From a bacterium (GTDB lineage: Bacteria; UBA8248): DNA of 64,000 nt. The notes under the pieces were generated by a model. That model searched no databases, was not told the origin of the DNA, and saw nothing but the letters and a program-made list of their open reading frames with translations. Location: NCBI GenBank assembly GCA_965213625.1, contig CBDBZU010000004.1:1472001-1536000 (forward strand), written 5' to 3'. Positions 30,685-40,526 of the stretch are shown here, one piece after another (positions within the stretch are counted from its first letter, which is position 1; each line of letters starts with the position of its first letter). Made by a program: the position numbers and the translations under genes.

Positions 30685-30794
30685 ACGCTTCGCTCCTTCG
30701 CTTCACTCCTTATTGGTAGAAGTTGATGTCTTCTTGTCGGCAACAAGAGATAACATTTTACACACATAGTGTCGCCTTTGACATAGTATCAAAA

Positions 30795-31166
30795 TCATTG
30801 TCCGCGTTTCAGCCTATCTTGAGCATTTAATAAGGCTTGTCTCAACGAAAGTGGACGTCGAACCCAGAAAGATATTCGTATTACACCTACTCCAGTTCCA
30901 CGAATATTCACACTTCCTGCTGACAATATCCTTGCAATTACACCCTGCTTCAAATTAACTTCTTCAATCCTATTTACGTTCAACTCTTCGGTGCGCCTGC
31001 TTATAAACCCTCTTTTGATAACAAAACGTTGATTAGTAACAACAATTTCAGTTGTTAATTGTCGGAGCCACAGAAATGGAATGAGCCAATATATCCAATG
31101 AAGCTTAGCATCAAACACAACATTCTCATCACTTCCAAGAGTTTTGGATATATACCTTGTTCCCAC
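30795..31166 (-). CDS. Bacterial PH-domain (YdbS/bPH_2-like) membrane-associated protein
   Basis: TEIVVTNQRFVIKRGFISRRTEEL...IEEVNLKQG. Confidence 0.8.
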   Translation of the reverse strand: MGTRYISKTLGSDENVVFDAKLHWIYWLIPFLWLRQLTTEIVVTNQRFVIKRGFISRRTEELNVNRIEEVNLKQGVIARILSAGSVNIRGTGVGVIRISFWVRRPLSLRQALLNAQDRLKRGQ

Positions 31167-31190
31167 AGAAACCCCTTGCCGTCTCTTATA

Positions 31191-31418
31191 TTATACCGCT
31201 TTCTTATGAGTTCCCCAGCGCGCAGCTGCGCCGTTCTGCGCAATCTCTTTCCTGCGCTCGGGCGATAGTTTGCTAGCCCTTACGTGGCCGCCCTTGCGCC
31301 CGTCTTCCTGTCCCTTAGTCTGGGTATCTTCGGTTTCACCGGTAGCGACCCTAGCGACGGATACAGCGCATCCGATAGCGTCTCCGGGCCTTTTCTGTCC
31401 TTGCGGGCCAGTAGGCAT
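31191..31418 (-). CDS. Small basic KGG-motif protein typical of transporter IS elements
   Basis: GQKRPGDAIG...ARVATGE...GRKGGHVRASKLSPERRKEIA...AAARW. GGGAG RBS. Confidence 0.8.
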   Translation of the reverse strand: MPTGPQGQKRPGDAIGCAVSVARVATGETEDTQTKGQEDGRKGGHVRASKLSPERRKEIAQNGAAARWGTHKKAV

Positions 31419-31709
31419 GATATTGTCTCCCTGTGCAGACTCATCGAACTCTCCGGTTTAAGTATTTTTGTTGTGTGAATACTCTTTGTGATATTAAACC
31501 CCCGATCTAATATGTCAACCCCCTGCGGGGGTATATGTCCAATATGAGTATTTCAAAATGAGACACTACCGAATTTTCACGAGAGGGGCTGCAAGGCAGG
31601 GTTCACTGGGGATCGTACAAAAGCCGATCGGCATCGCAGGTTTTGTTATATGGGGTCGCTATGCTAACTTCTGGTTTGACGATTGCCGGTCGGCGGTCAT
31701 TCAGATGTC

Positions 31710-31786
31710 GGGTCGCTAGCTCAACTAGGCAGAGCAACGGACTCTTAATCCGTAGGTTCGGGGTTCGATTCCCCGGCGACCCACCA
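31710..31786 (+). tRNA. tRNA-Lys(CTT)
   Basis: GGGTCGC/GCGACCC acceptor stem, ACGGA-CTCTTAA-TCCGT anticodon arm, GGTTCGATTCC, CCA end. Confidence 0.97.
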
Positions 31787-31818
31787 GCTTTATGCATTCA
31801 TAGGAGAATCGGTTCTAT

Positions 31819-31917
31819 ATGGAAACCCTATCGATCATCGTATTGGCCGTAGTCGTACTCGTTTTCGTCTGGAAGGTGCTGCTCAAGGATCCCTTTGGGA
31901 TTTACCCCAAGAAATAA
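31819..31917 (+). CDS. Small (32 aa) single-TM protein
   Basis: AGGAG RBS. METLSIIVLAVVVLVFVWKVLLKDPFGIYPKK. Below the ORF-track size cutoff. Confidence 0.6.
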   Translation: METLSIIVLAVVVLVFVWKVLLKDPFGIYPKK

Positions 31918-32012
31918 TTCTCTTTTTCGCGCTTCATATCCAGAGCATCCAACCTGTCGTCTCTGTAAGCAAAACTGTTTCGACCGCATCTACTCGGGCA
32001 GTCGGACGAACC

Positions 32013-33596
32013 TCACGCCTGTTTGACTCTCAAAATCAGAATAAATGGTACGACGAAGATGAAGCCCCACCCCATGAACCAGTAGATGTCGTTGTAGGCG
32101 AGCATGGTGGCTTGCTTGTCGATGGTCTGCTCGATGAGGCCCATCGCTTTGGTTTGCGCAGTGTGTGGGTCGATCTGCTTGCGGACGAGCATTTCCGTAA
32201 GCGTTTCCTTATACGAGAGAAACGTAGCGTTCGAATCGGTAATGTTTCCCACCATGTTCACGCGGTGAAGGGCGGTGCGGCGCTCGAGTAGTATCGCCAT
32301 GATGGCGAAGCCCAGGTTGCCGCCCAGACGGCGCGCCAGGTTGTAGAGACTCGTGGCGGAGTTGATGTCGGCCACGGGCGTGGTGCTGAAGGCGACGGTT
32401 GTCAGAGTGACGAAGACGAAGGGCATGCCGAATCCAAGGATGACAAGGCGAGACACCATGCCCCAGTAGTCCGTCTGCAGCGAGAGCCCCGACATGAGGA
32501 ACATGGAGATAACGGCCAGCGTAACGCCGCCGCACATTAGTATCCTGTAATCCACCAGGTTATACAGGTGGCCTACAATGGGCATCATGCAAAACAACGC
32601 GATGCCCCTTGGCAGCATGACGAGGCCGGTTTCATACGGGCCATGGTCGAGGACGTTTTGCAGAAATTGCGGGAGGATGAAGGTGGTTCCGAACATCACG
32701 ATCCCGAAGATCAGCACCACGAAGCACGAAGCGCTCAGGTTCAAGTTCATGAGGACCCTGAAATCGACAATGGGTTCTTCCGTCCGCAATTCCCACAAGA
32801 CCAGCGCCGTGAGCGTGATGACGGTGAAGATCGTCATCACGATGATGAGGTTCGAATCGAACCAGTCCTCGTCCTGCCCGCGCTCCAAAACGACCTGAAG
32901 CGCAGTGAGGCCGATCCCGATCAGGGAGATGCCCATCCAGTCGACCTTGTTGATTCCGCGCTTCATGTGGGGCGGGTCGTGAACGTAGATGGCGACGAGG
33001 GCGATTCCGACGGCGGCGACGGGCACGTTGATGTAGAATACCCAGGGCCAGCTCAGAGACTCAGTGAGCCATCCGCCCACCACCGGACCCATGGCGGGCG
33101 CAATCACCACGCCCGCCGCGAACATGGCCATGGCCCAGCCCTGTCTGTTCGGCGGATAGGTTTCTCGCAATATCGCCTGTGCCACAGGTATGAGGCCGCC
33201 ACCGCCGAGTCCTTGCAAAATGCGATAGACGAGCATCTGGATAAAGGTTTGCGAGGTGCCGACGAGAATCGAAGCCAGCGTGAACAAGATGAAGGAGATG
33301 AGAAAATAACGCTTTCGTCCCAGCAGTGTGCTCCACCAGGCCGACATGGTGATCGTTATGATCTGGGCGATGGTATAGATGGTCGCCACCCAGGTGATGG
33401 TGGACAGATCGACGTTGAACGAACCGCGCATGTGCGGCATCACCACGTTGACGATACTGGCGTCCATCACGGAGATGAACGCGGCCGACACGACAGCAAG
33501 CGTAATCATCGCGCGATTGAAGGGGGAGGGATAACTTATCTGCGAAGGGGCTTCCCCTCCGCTTCCGGAAGCGGATGACGTTGTATTTTCTCTCAA
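32013..33596 (-). CDS. emrB: DHA2-family MFS efflux permease (EmrB-like)
   Basis: MDASIVNV, LGRKR, RILQGLGGG, APAMGPVVGGWL, WPWVFYINVP. Confidence 0.93.
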   Translation of the reverse strand: MRENTTSSASGSGGEAPSQISYPSPFNRAMITLAVVSAAFISVMDASIVNVVMPHMRGSFNVDLSTITWVATIYTIAQIITITMSAWWSTLLGRKRYFLISFILFTLASILVGTSQTFIQMLVYRILQGLGGGGLIPVAQAILRETYPPNRQGWAMAMFAAGVVIAPAMGPVVGGWLTESLSWPWVFYINVPVAAVGIALVAIYVHDPPHMKRGINKVDWMGISLIGIGLTALQVVLERGQDEDWFDSNLIIVMTIFTVITLTALVLWELRTEEPIVDFRVLMNLNLSASCFVVLIFGIVMFGTTFILPQFLQNVLDHGPYETGLVMLPRGIALFCMMPIVGHLYNLVDYRILMCGGVTLAVISMFLMSGLSLQTDYWGMVSRLVILGFGMPFVFVTLTTVAFSTTPVADINSATSLYNLARRLGGNLGFAIMAILLERRTALHRVNMVGNITDSNATFLSYKETLTEMLVRKQIDPHTAQTKAMGLIEQTIDKQATMLAYNDIYWFMGWGFIFVVPFILILRVKQA

Positions 33597-34939
33597 GGTT
33601 TCTGGTTTTGCGGAGTTTTATTTACGGGATACGCCAGCAGGCGGGGGCCGCGCCGTATCTTGGTGTCCACGGTCACGTAGGCGGACATGCCGATAAGCAG
33701 GGGGAAGTTTTTGGGAGGCTTTTCGTCCAGCAGTATCTTAACCGGGATGCGGCGGGTGACTTTCACCCAGTTGCCGGTCGCGTTCTCAGGCGGCAGGAGG
33801 GAGAAGGTCTCACCCGTGCCCGAGTACAGGCTCGCGATATGGCCCTTGAACGTTCGGTTCGGGTAGGCGTCGAGAACGATTTCCGCTGGCTGGCCCACGT
33901 GGATTCCTTCGAGTTTGATTTCCTTGAAATTCGCCCGAATGTATGCTTTATCGAGTTGAACGATGAGCAGCAAGGGACGCCCGGGCTGCACGAATGCGCC
34001 GGGATCGACAGATTTCTCCACGTAGCCGGATACGGGCGCGCGAATCTCGTTATAGGAAAGGAGAAGTTCCTTCTCCTTGTAGGCGGCCAGGGCCTCTTCG
34101 AGTTCGGCCTTCAGGGAATCGGCGTCATGGCTTTTCATGCGCCGGGAGCGGTCCTCGTTTTTCGCCAGCGCCACGGAGGCCTGGGCCTCTTCGATCTGGT
34201 TGACGATTGCCGAAACCTTGTTTTCTTCCACATTTAGTGCGGCCTGGGAGGCGTCGTAGTTCGCCCTGGCGACGTCATGAGATGCGCGCGCGAGTTCGAG
34301 ATTTTCCTCCGAGATGATTTTCTGACCATGAAGGCGTAGTTTTCTGTTCAAATCCTCGCGTGACTGTTTCATCGTGGCCGCATGGGCGCGCGCTTCGTTT
34401 TTTCTTTGAATCAGCAGAGCTCGGGCCGAACGGAGAGTGCGCCTCAGAGTCTCGAGGCGTGCGTGGGCTTCCTGCTGAAGACCCGCGGCTCGGCCCATGG
34501 AGTGGGTGACGGACACCTTGCTCGCCTCATACTTCGCGCGGACAACGGCTACGGCGGCCTTGGCTTTTTGGAGTGCGACCTCATGACGCCGCTTGTCGAG
34601 GACGACGAGGAGGTCGCCTTTCCGGACCGCCTGGTTGTCCTTGACCAGGAGTTTTGTCACCACGCCTGCGATTTCGGTGCTGACAGGAGTTAGCGTGCTC
34701 TTGACGTAGGCGTTGTCCGTCGAGACGAATCGCTCCCAATTCTGCCACCAGAAATATCCCGCCTCGGCGGCGAAGAACAGGCCCACGCCGAGGGTCAGAA
34801 AAAGGAGGAACTTCCTGACGAAAGAGAACGTGAAGCGTTTTTTCCGGGGTCGCCGGTTTTCACCGGACGGTGGTCCTTTTTCCCCTTGGGAGGGTCCGGA
34901 GTCGGAGGGATTTTCTCCATCTGGCGGTTTGTCCGTCAT
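33593..34939 (-). CDS. emrA: HlyD/EmrA-family efflux adaptor
   Basis: STDNAYV, ANFKE, FSLLPPENATGNWVKVTRRIPV. Confidence 0.93.
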   Translation of the reverse strand: MTDKPPDGENPSDSGPSQGEKGPPSGENRRPRKKRFTFSFVRKFLLFLTLGVGLFFAAEAGYFWWQNWERFVSTDNAYVKSTLTPVSTEIAGVVTKLLVKDNQAVRKGDLLVVLDKRRHEVALQKAKAAVAVVRAKYEASKVSVTHSMGRAAGLQQEAHARLETLRRTLRSARALLIQRKNEARAHAATMKQSREDLNRKLRLHGQKIISEENLELARASHDVARANYDASQAALNVEENKVSAIVNQIEEAQASVALAKNEDRSRRMKSHDADSLKAELEEALAAYKEKELLLSYNEIRAPVSGYVEKSVDPGAFVQPGRPLLLIVQLDKAYIRANFKEIKLEGIHVGQPAEIVLDAYPNRTFKGHIASLYSGTGETFSLLPPENATGNWVKVTRRIPVKILLDEKPPKNFPLLIGMSAYVTVDTKIRRGPRLLAYPVNKTPQNQKP

Positions 34940-35156
34940 CGCAAAGTCCGTGGTTCAATGAGAGCGCCGATTCGTCGGGAAGCGCGATATTTGAAGATAA
35001 CCCGGTTAAACTACAGTAAATAATGTAGTTTTGTCATCGCTGACAGCTGAAAATGACATGATGCGGTGCACGACGTGTCCATGGATGCGCTCGGGAGCCC
35101 CGGTGTGCTTATAATCCTTGAAAAGAGATGATCTAAGAAAAACGGGAGAAAGCCGT

Positions 35157-36713
35157 ATGTTCGCTGTAGCAGCGGCCCATAAAAAAGCGGTGGAAGCGGG
35201 GTTGCGCGTCATGGAAGAGGGAGGAGACGCCTGCGATGCGGCGGTGGCCGTCTCTCTGGCCCTTGGCGTTGTGGAGCCTTTCTATTCCGGGCTGGGCGGC
35301 GGCGGTGTTGCGCTCATCTGGCGTGAGGATGAGAAAAGAGCCAGGTTTATTGATTTCAGCAACGAGTGCCCCCAGGGAATGGAGCCCGGCATATTCGAGT
35401 GCGATGAAAACGGACAACACACAGACGATTCGCACAGCCGGGGCCATCGGTCCGTCCTGGTTCCGGGTCTGTTGCGTGGGCTTGAGGCGATTCACCGCGA
35501 ATACGGGCGTAAGCCCTGGGGCGATTTGTTCGAGAGCGCTATCCGTCTGGCGAATGCAGGCTTTGAGATCGGCTGGTTCTACCGCACTCAGCAGGAGGAG
35601 TCGCGCTTCGGGACGCTTTGTTCGAATTATTCCGAGTTCGGGAAAATCCACACGTCATCCGGCGAACCGCTACCAGAAGGCGCGCTCTTGCGCCAGCCGG
35701 ATTTGGGGAGAACGCTTCGCGGGCTGGCGGAAAAAGGAGCGCACGCCTTTTACGAGGGCGCGCTCGCGAAAGCCATGGTAGATGAGGTGAGAAGCGGCGG
35801 CGGTTATCTGGGAGCTTCCGACCTCAAAGACTACCGTGTACGGTGGATGGCCCCGCTCATCTCGCGTTACCGGGGCTTGCGTTTCCTCACTGCGCCGCCT
35901 CCTTCTTCCGGCCTTATCCTGATTCAGATTCTGAATTTCCTCGAAGTCCTGCTGCCTGAGTGGGATACGGCGGGTGAACCGGCGCGCGGGCTAGCCCTCG
36001 CAAACGCCATGCGCGCCGCGTTCCGCGACAGGTTCTCGGTCTATGGCGACCCGTACCATTACGACATGCCGATAGAACGCCTCCTGAGTAAGGAATATGC
36101 CGTTCGAGCGATTGCGCAAGAGCATTCCCCCGACGTTCATGTACACGACGCAGAACCGGGCTCCACCACTCACTTCACGGTTGTGGACCCTTGCGGCAAC
36201 GTAGTGTGTATTACACAGACCTTGGGGATGGGCTGGGGCTCAGGAGTCGCGCCGGCAGGTACGGGCGTTCTTCTAAACAACCATACGAACTGGATGGACC
36301 CCCGACCGGGACGCGGGAATTCACTAGGCGCAGGCAAGCGTCCCATGGCGGGATATGCCCCCACCCTCGTCTTCGAGGGAGAGAAATTGCGCTTAGGTGT
36401 TGGTAGTCCTGGTTCCTACCGCATCCCCACGGCAGTGGCCCAGGTAATCCTGAATTTGCTTTACCGGGAGATGACCCTACAAGAAGCGGTAGAGGCTCCC
36501 CGCATGCACCTGGATATAGGTCCCCTGCATGCCGAGGATGCGGTGGATGAAGCGATACTGGAATACGTAAGCAAGAACGGTTTCGAGGTTTTGCCCTATT
36601 CGTATCCCCATCACTTTTTCGGCGGCGTGCACGCCGTTGAAGTGGGTGATAGCGGCCGCCTCACTGCCTTCGGCGACCCGCGTCGCGCGGGAAGCGCGGG
36701 AACGAGAGAGTAG
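35157..36713 (+). CDS. ggt: Gamma-glutamyltransferase
   Basis: VVEPFYSGLGGGG, VPGLLRG, QPDLGRTL, catalytic STTHFTVVD, GVLLNN, GSPG, DPRR. Confidence 0.93.
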   Translation: MFAVAAAHKKAVEAGLRVMEEGGDACDAAVAVSLALGVVEPFYSGLGGGGVALIWREDEKRARFIDFSNECPQGMEPGIFECDENGQHTDDSHSRGHRSVLVPGLLRGLEAIHREYGRKPWGDLFESAIRLANAGFEIGWFYRTQQEESRFGTLCSNYSEFGKIHTSSGEPLPEGALLRQPDLGRTLRGLAEKGAHAFYEGALAKAMVDEVRSGGGYLGASDLKDYRVRWMAPLISRYRGLRFLTAPPPSSGLILIQILNFLEVLLPEWDTAGEPARGLALANAMRAAFRDRFSVYGDPYHYDMPIERLLSKEYAVRAIAQEHSPDVHVHDAEPGSTTHFTVVDPCGNVVCITQTLGMGWGSGVAPAGTGVLLNNHTNWMDPRPGRGNSLGAGKRPMAGYAPTLVFEGEKLRLGVGSPGSYRIPTAVAQVILNLLYREMTLQEAVEAPRMHLDIGPLHAEDAVDEAILEYVSKNGFEVLPYSYPHHFFGGVHAVEVGDSGRLTAFGDPRRAGSAGTRE

Positions 36714-36768
36714 AAGCGATTATCGCATTTCGATGTGTTAAGAATGAGGGGCCGGTTGACTCCCTCGT

Positions 36769-37947
36769 CTATTGAAAGTCGAGCGTTTTCGCTTCGTGGC
36801 CCAAAGCGATTTGTCCGATGGTTTCGAGGCAGCGGTCGTTGGCGGGCGGCATGACGATGCCGGCCACCGCATCTCTCAAGTGACGCTCGAGCGGTAAGGA
36901 GCGGTGAAGCCCGCGTCCGCCGCAAAGGCGGATTCCCTGCTCGGCGAGTTCTTTGGCGGCTTCGGTCGCCAGGTACTTCGCCTGGTTGAGTATGAAGGTC
37001 AGCTCCATTTTCCCGAGGTTCCCTCTGAGCGCGCCCAGCTTTTCTGCGGCGCGCCGCGCGTTTTCTAGCAGCATGGCCATCTCGCCAATCTGACGCTGCG
37101 TGCGGTCCAGTTCTCCGAGAGGAACCCCCATGCCAGATTTCGTTTTCTTCACGTAATCCACCGTGAACTGATAGGCCGCCTCGGCAATGCCGATGTAGAC
37201 GGCGGTGTATCCCAGAGACCACATGCTCATGTCCTTGCCCAGAATGCTGCCCGGCTCCCCGATGATCTCGTTTGGCTCCACGGCGACATCGTGAAACATC
37301 AGTGAGTTCGACGCGGTGCCCCGCATGCCGATGGTGTGCCAATCGTCGATGATTTCGATGTTCTCTCTCGATGAGGGAACCATCACGTTCAGAAGACCCT
37401 CCTGCAGGGTTTCCGCGCCGTCGAGGTAGCTCCAGGTGAAGTAATATGTCGCCCCTGTGGAGAGAGAGCAGAAATGTTTCTTTCCGTGAAGGTAATAATG
37501 TCCGTTGTCCTCACGAATGGAGGTGCGCACCGCCAGCTTGTCGCGGAAAGAACTGCCCGGTTCGCTCGTAATGGAGGCGAAGATGGCGCCTTTGTCCACT
37601 ACTTCCGAGAAGTAGCTCTCCATCTGTTCCTTAGAGGCGATTTGTCCCAGAAAATCCACGACGGCGCTGTGCATGTTGAACGTGAGCCCGGTAGAGGCGC
37701 AGCCTTTCGCGATTTTGGAGAGTACGGTGACGTAGGTGAGAGAATCCGCTCCGATGCCCCCGAATTCCTTGGGCACCATGAGAGAGAGAAGACCGGCGTC
37801 GGCCAGATCCTTGTAGTTCTCTGTCGGAAAGCGAGATTCCTCGTCGATCATCTTCGCGCGCGGGGCGAACTTCTCTTGCGCCAGTGATTCAGCAATGTCG
37901 ACCCATTTTTTCGAATCGGCGTTGAGCACGCCGGCGGAACTGTTCAT
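36769..37947 (-). CDS. Acyl-CoA dehydrogenase-fold flavoprotein (DszC/MsuC/SfnB-like)
   Basis: VPKEFGGIG, FNMH, GKKHFCS, DDWHTIGMRGTAS, LERHLRD. Lies downstream of LLM monooxygenases. Confidence 0.85.
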   Translation of the reverse strand: MNSSAGVLNADSKKWVDIAESLAQEKFAPRAKMIDEESRFPTENYKDLADAGLLSLMVPKEFGGIGADSLTYVTVLSKIAKGCASTGLTFNMHSAVVDFLGQIASKEQMESYFSEVVDKGAIFASITSEPGSSFRDKLAVRTSIREDNGHYYLHGKKHFCSLSTGATYYFTWSYLDGAETLQEGLLNVMVPSSRENIEIIDDWHTIGMRGTASNSLMFHDVAVEPNEIIGEPGSILGKDMSMWSLGYTAVYIGIAEAAYQFTVDYVKKTKSGMGVPLGELDRTQRQIGEMAMLLENARRAAEKLGALRGNLGKMELTFILNQAKYLATEAAKELAEQGIRLCGGRGLHRSLPLERHLRDAVAGIVMPPANDRCLETIGQIALGHEAKTLDFQ

Positions 37948-37990
37948 CAAAAGTTACCTCTTCGTGGTGCCTTGGCGGTGTTATCTCTCA

Positions 37991-39106
37991 TTAATCGTAT
38001 TCTGCGAGTGCCGGCAAGGGTTGCTCCAGGGTGATGGGGTCGGTATCCGCGAGAAGCGGCATGATCTCACGCCCGAAAATCTCTACTTCCTCGATGTGGG
38101 GCCACCCGGATAGGATGAACGTGTGGACGCCCACCTCCACATATTCCTTGAGAGCTTTGGCGATCATGTCGGGCGTGCCCACGAGAGAGGCGCCCGCGCC
38201 TGCGCGAACGGTGTTCACGCCCATCCACAAGGTATCGGTGATCCAGAGCGACTCGCCCTTCGCCAGTTCGTTCACGCGCGTCTGGCCGGTGCTCTCCGTA
38301 TTGGTCTTCATATCGGCCCAGGCCTGCACGTTCGAGATATCACTCCCTTCGATGAGCGCTGCCGCCGCTCGTTTTGCTTCTTCCTTGGTCTCTCTGCAGA
38401 GGATGTGCATCCGCACGCCGAATTGTATCTTATCCTCGCGCCCGAACTCAGCGGCACGCCGCCTCATGTCGAGCACGTCTTTTGCGATAGTCTCCACGTC
38501 GACGGCGTACATCATGTGCACGTCTGAAAATTTCGCCCCCACCCGGCGGCCGGGTTCCGAGCTTCCGCCGAGATAAATGGGCGGCCAGGGCTTGGAGACG
38601 TGGATCGGGAAAAAAGCGGCTTCTCGTATGTCGAAATACTTTCCCTTGTAGGTCATGGGAGCATCAGCGCTCCAGATGCGGGTCACAATCTCCAGAAACT
38701 CATTCGTCCTGTCGTAGCGCTCATCGTGCACGAGGTGGTCGCCGTAGCGCATCTGCTCCACGTGGCTCGAGCCGGTGACGACGTTTAGCGTCAAGCGACC
38801 GCCGGTGAGCGCGTCGAGCGTGCTCGCCGTCTGGGCGGCGAATACGGGGCTGGTGAGGCCCGGTCGGAACGCCACGCAAAACTTGATTCTTTCGGTATGC
38901 TGGGCCACGCCTGCGGCCACAAGCCAGGCATCCATGCAGTGGGTGCCGGTGGGCACCAGAAGGTTTACGAAACCGGCTCGCTCGGCGGCGCTCGCCACTT
39001 GTGAGAGATACTCGATGGTGGGTTTTCGCTCAGGCACCCTGGTGTTGATTTTGTGGCCGTCACCCGCTCTGGCCGACGGGAGAAACCAAGCGTATTCAGT
39101 CCCCAT
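37991..39106 (-). CDS. LLM-class flavin monooxygenase (SsuD/MsuD-like), copy 1
   Basis: WFLP..GDG, LVPTG, AFRPG, GGRLTLNVVTG, HDERYDR, YLGGSS, LVGTP, FILSG. Confidence 0.92.
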   Translation of the reverse strand: MGTEYAWFLPSARAGDGHKINTRVPERKPTIEYLSQVASAAERAGFVNLLVPTGTHCMDAWLVAAGVAQHTERIKFCVAFRPGLTSPVFAAQTASTLDALTGGRLTLNVVTGSSHVEQMRYGDHLVHDERYDRTNEFLEIVTRIWSADAPMTYKGKYFDIREAAFFPIHVSKPWPPIYLGGSSEPGRRVGAKFSDVHMMYAVDVETIAKDVLDMRRRAAEFGREDKIQFGVRMHILCRETKEEAKRAAAALIEGSDISNVQAWADMKTNTESTGQTRVNELAKGESLWITDTLWMGVNTVRAGAGASLVGTPDMIAKALKEYVEVGVHTFILSGWPHIEEVEIFGREIMPLLADTDPITLEQPLPALAEYD

Positions 39107-39279
39107 ATCCGAAAACCTCTGATGTGAAAGATGTACTCAGTATAGCCCAAAATATACGCGTACGTACTGGCTGTGTCTGTTTCGAAAATACAAACTAGTC
39201 GGATGCGCGTCAATCTCAAGATGGAGGCCGGGAGGGTCAGATGGGCATCTGTCTATCCAGTTGGCGGTATTCTTTATCT

Positions 39280-40395
39280 TCAATCGTATTCCGCGAGTGC
39301 GGGTAAGGGTTGCTCTAGGGTGATGGGCTCCGTATCCTTGAGCAGTGGCATTATCTCGCGTCCGAATATCTCGACTTCCTCGATGTGCGGCCAGCCGGAG
39401 AGAATGAACGTGTGAACGCCCGCGTCAACGTATTCCTTGAGCGCCTTGGCGATCATGTCCGGCGTTCCCACCAGGCAGGCGCCCGGGCCCGCGCGAACCG
39501 TGTTCACGCCCATCCACAATGTGTCGGTGATCCAGAGCGAATCTCCTTTCGCCAGTTCGTTCACGCGCGTCTGTCCTGTGCTCTCCGATTTGGTCTTCAA
39601 GTCGGCCCAGACCTGCACGTTAGAGATGTCGCTCCCCTCGATGAGCGCTTGTGCGGCTTTTTTTGCCTCCTCCTTTGTCTCCCGGCAAAGGATGTGCATC
39701 CGGGCGCCGAATTTTATCTGATCTTCGCGGCCGACCTCAGCGGCGCGCCGCTTCATGTCGAGCGCATCCTTGGCGATGGTCTCCACATCGACGGCGTACA
39801 TCAGGTGCACGTCCGAGAATTTCGCCCCCACCCGGCGGCCGGGCTCCGAGCTTCCGCCGAGATAGATGGGTGGCCAGGGTTTGGAGACGTGGATCGGGAA
39901 AAAGGCGGCTTCTCGTATGTCGAAATACTTTCCCTTGTAGGTGGTGGGAGCGTCGGCGCTCCAGATTTGTGTGACGATCTCCAGAAACTCCTCCGTCCTG
40001 TCGTAGCGTTCATCGTGTTGGAGGTGGTCGCCGTAGCGCATCTGCTCAGTATGGCTCGAGCCGGTGACGACGTTGAGCGTCAAGCGACCGCCGGTGAGCG
40101 TATCGAGCGTGCTTGCCGTCTGGGCGGCGAATACGGGGCTGGTGAGGCCGGGGCGAAACGCCACGCAGAATTTGATTCTCTCGGTATGCTGCGCCACGCC
40201 TGAGGCTACGAGCCAGGCGTCCAGGCAGTGGGTGCCGGTAGGCACCAGTAGGTTTACGAAACCGGCCCGCTCGGCGGCGCTCGCTACTTGGGAGAGATAC
40301 TCGATGGTGGGTTTTCGTTCAGGCACCCTGGTGTTGATTTTGTGGCCGTCACCCGCTCTGGCAGACGGGAGAAACCAAGCGTATTCCGTCCCCAT
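39280..40395 (-). CDS. LLM-class flavin monooxygenase (SsuD/MsuD-like), copy 2
   Basis: Same length (371 aa) and motifs as copy 1. About 28 substitutions by manual comparison. Confidence 0.92.
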   Translation of the reverse strand: MGTEYAWFLPSARAGDGHKINTRVPERKPTIEYLSQVASAAERAGFVNLLVPTGTHCLDAWLVASGVAQHTERIKFCVAFRPGLTSPVFAAQTASTLDTLTGGRLTLNVVTGSSHTEQMRYGDHLQHDERYDRTEEFLEIVTQIWSADAPTTYKGKYFDIREAAFFPIHVSKPWPPIYLGGSSEPGRRVGAKFSDVHLMYAVDVETIAKDALDMKRRAAEVGREDQIKFGARMHILCRETKEEAKKAAQALIEGSDISNVQVWADLKTKSESTGQTRVNELAKGDSLWITDTLWMGVNTVRAGPGACLVGTPDMIAKALKEYVDAGVHTFILSGWPHIEEVEIFGREIMPLLKDTEPITLEQPLPALAEYD

Positions 40396-40526
40396 ATCCG
40401 AAAACCTCTATGGTGAGAGATGCGCTCAGTATAGCCCAAAATGGAAGCGCATGTATTGGCTGCGCCTGTATTTGAAAATTCAAACAAGGCGAATGCGCGT
40501 CAATCTCAAGATTGCGACCTCGAGGA

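Larger units (their letters stand above)
28857..31570 (-). mobile_element. IS1-family transporter insertion sequence (2714 bp) with four passenger genes
   Basis: Terminal IRs GGTAGTGTCTCAGTTTGAAAT and ATTTCAAAATGAGACACTACC (20/21 match). 8-bp direct repeat GAATTTTC at 28849-28856 and 31571-31578. Low-GC interior. Confidence 0.93.
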
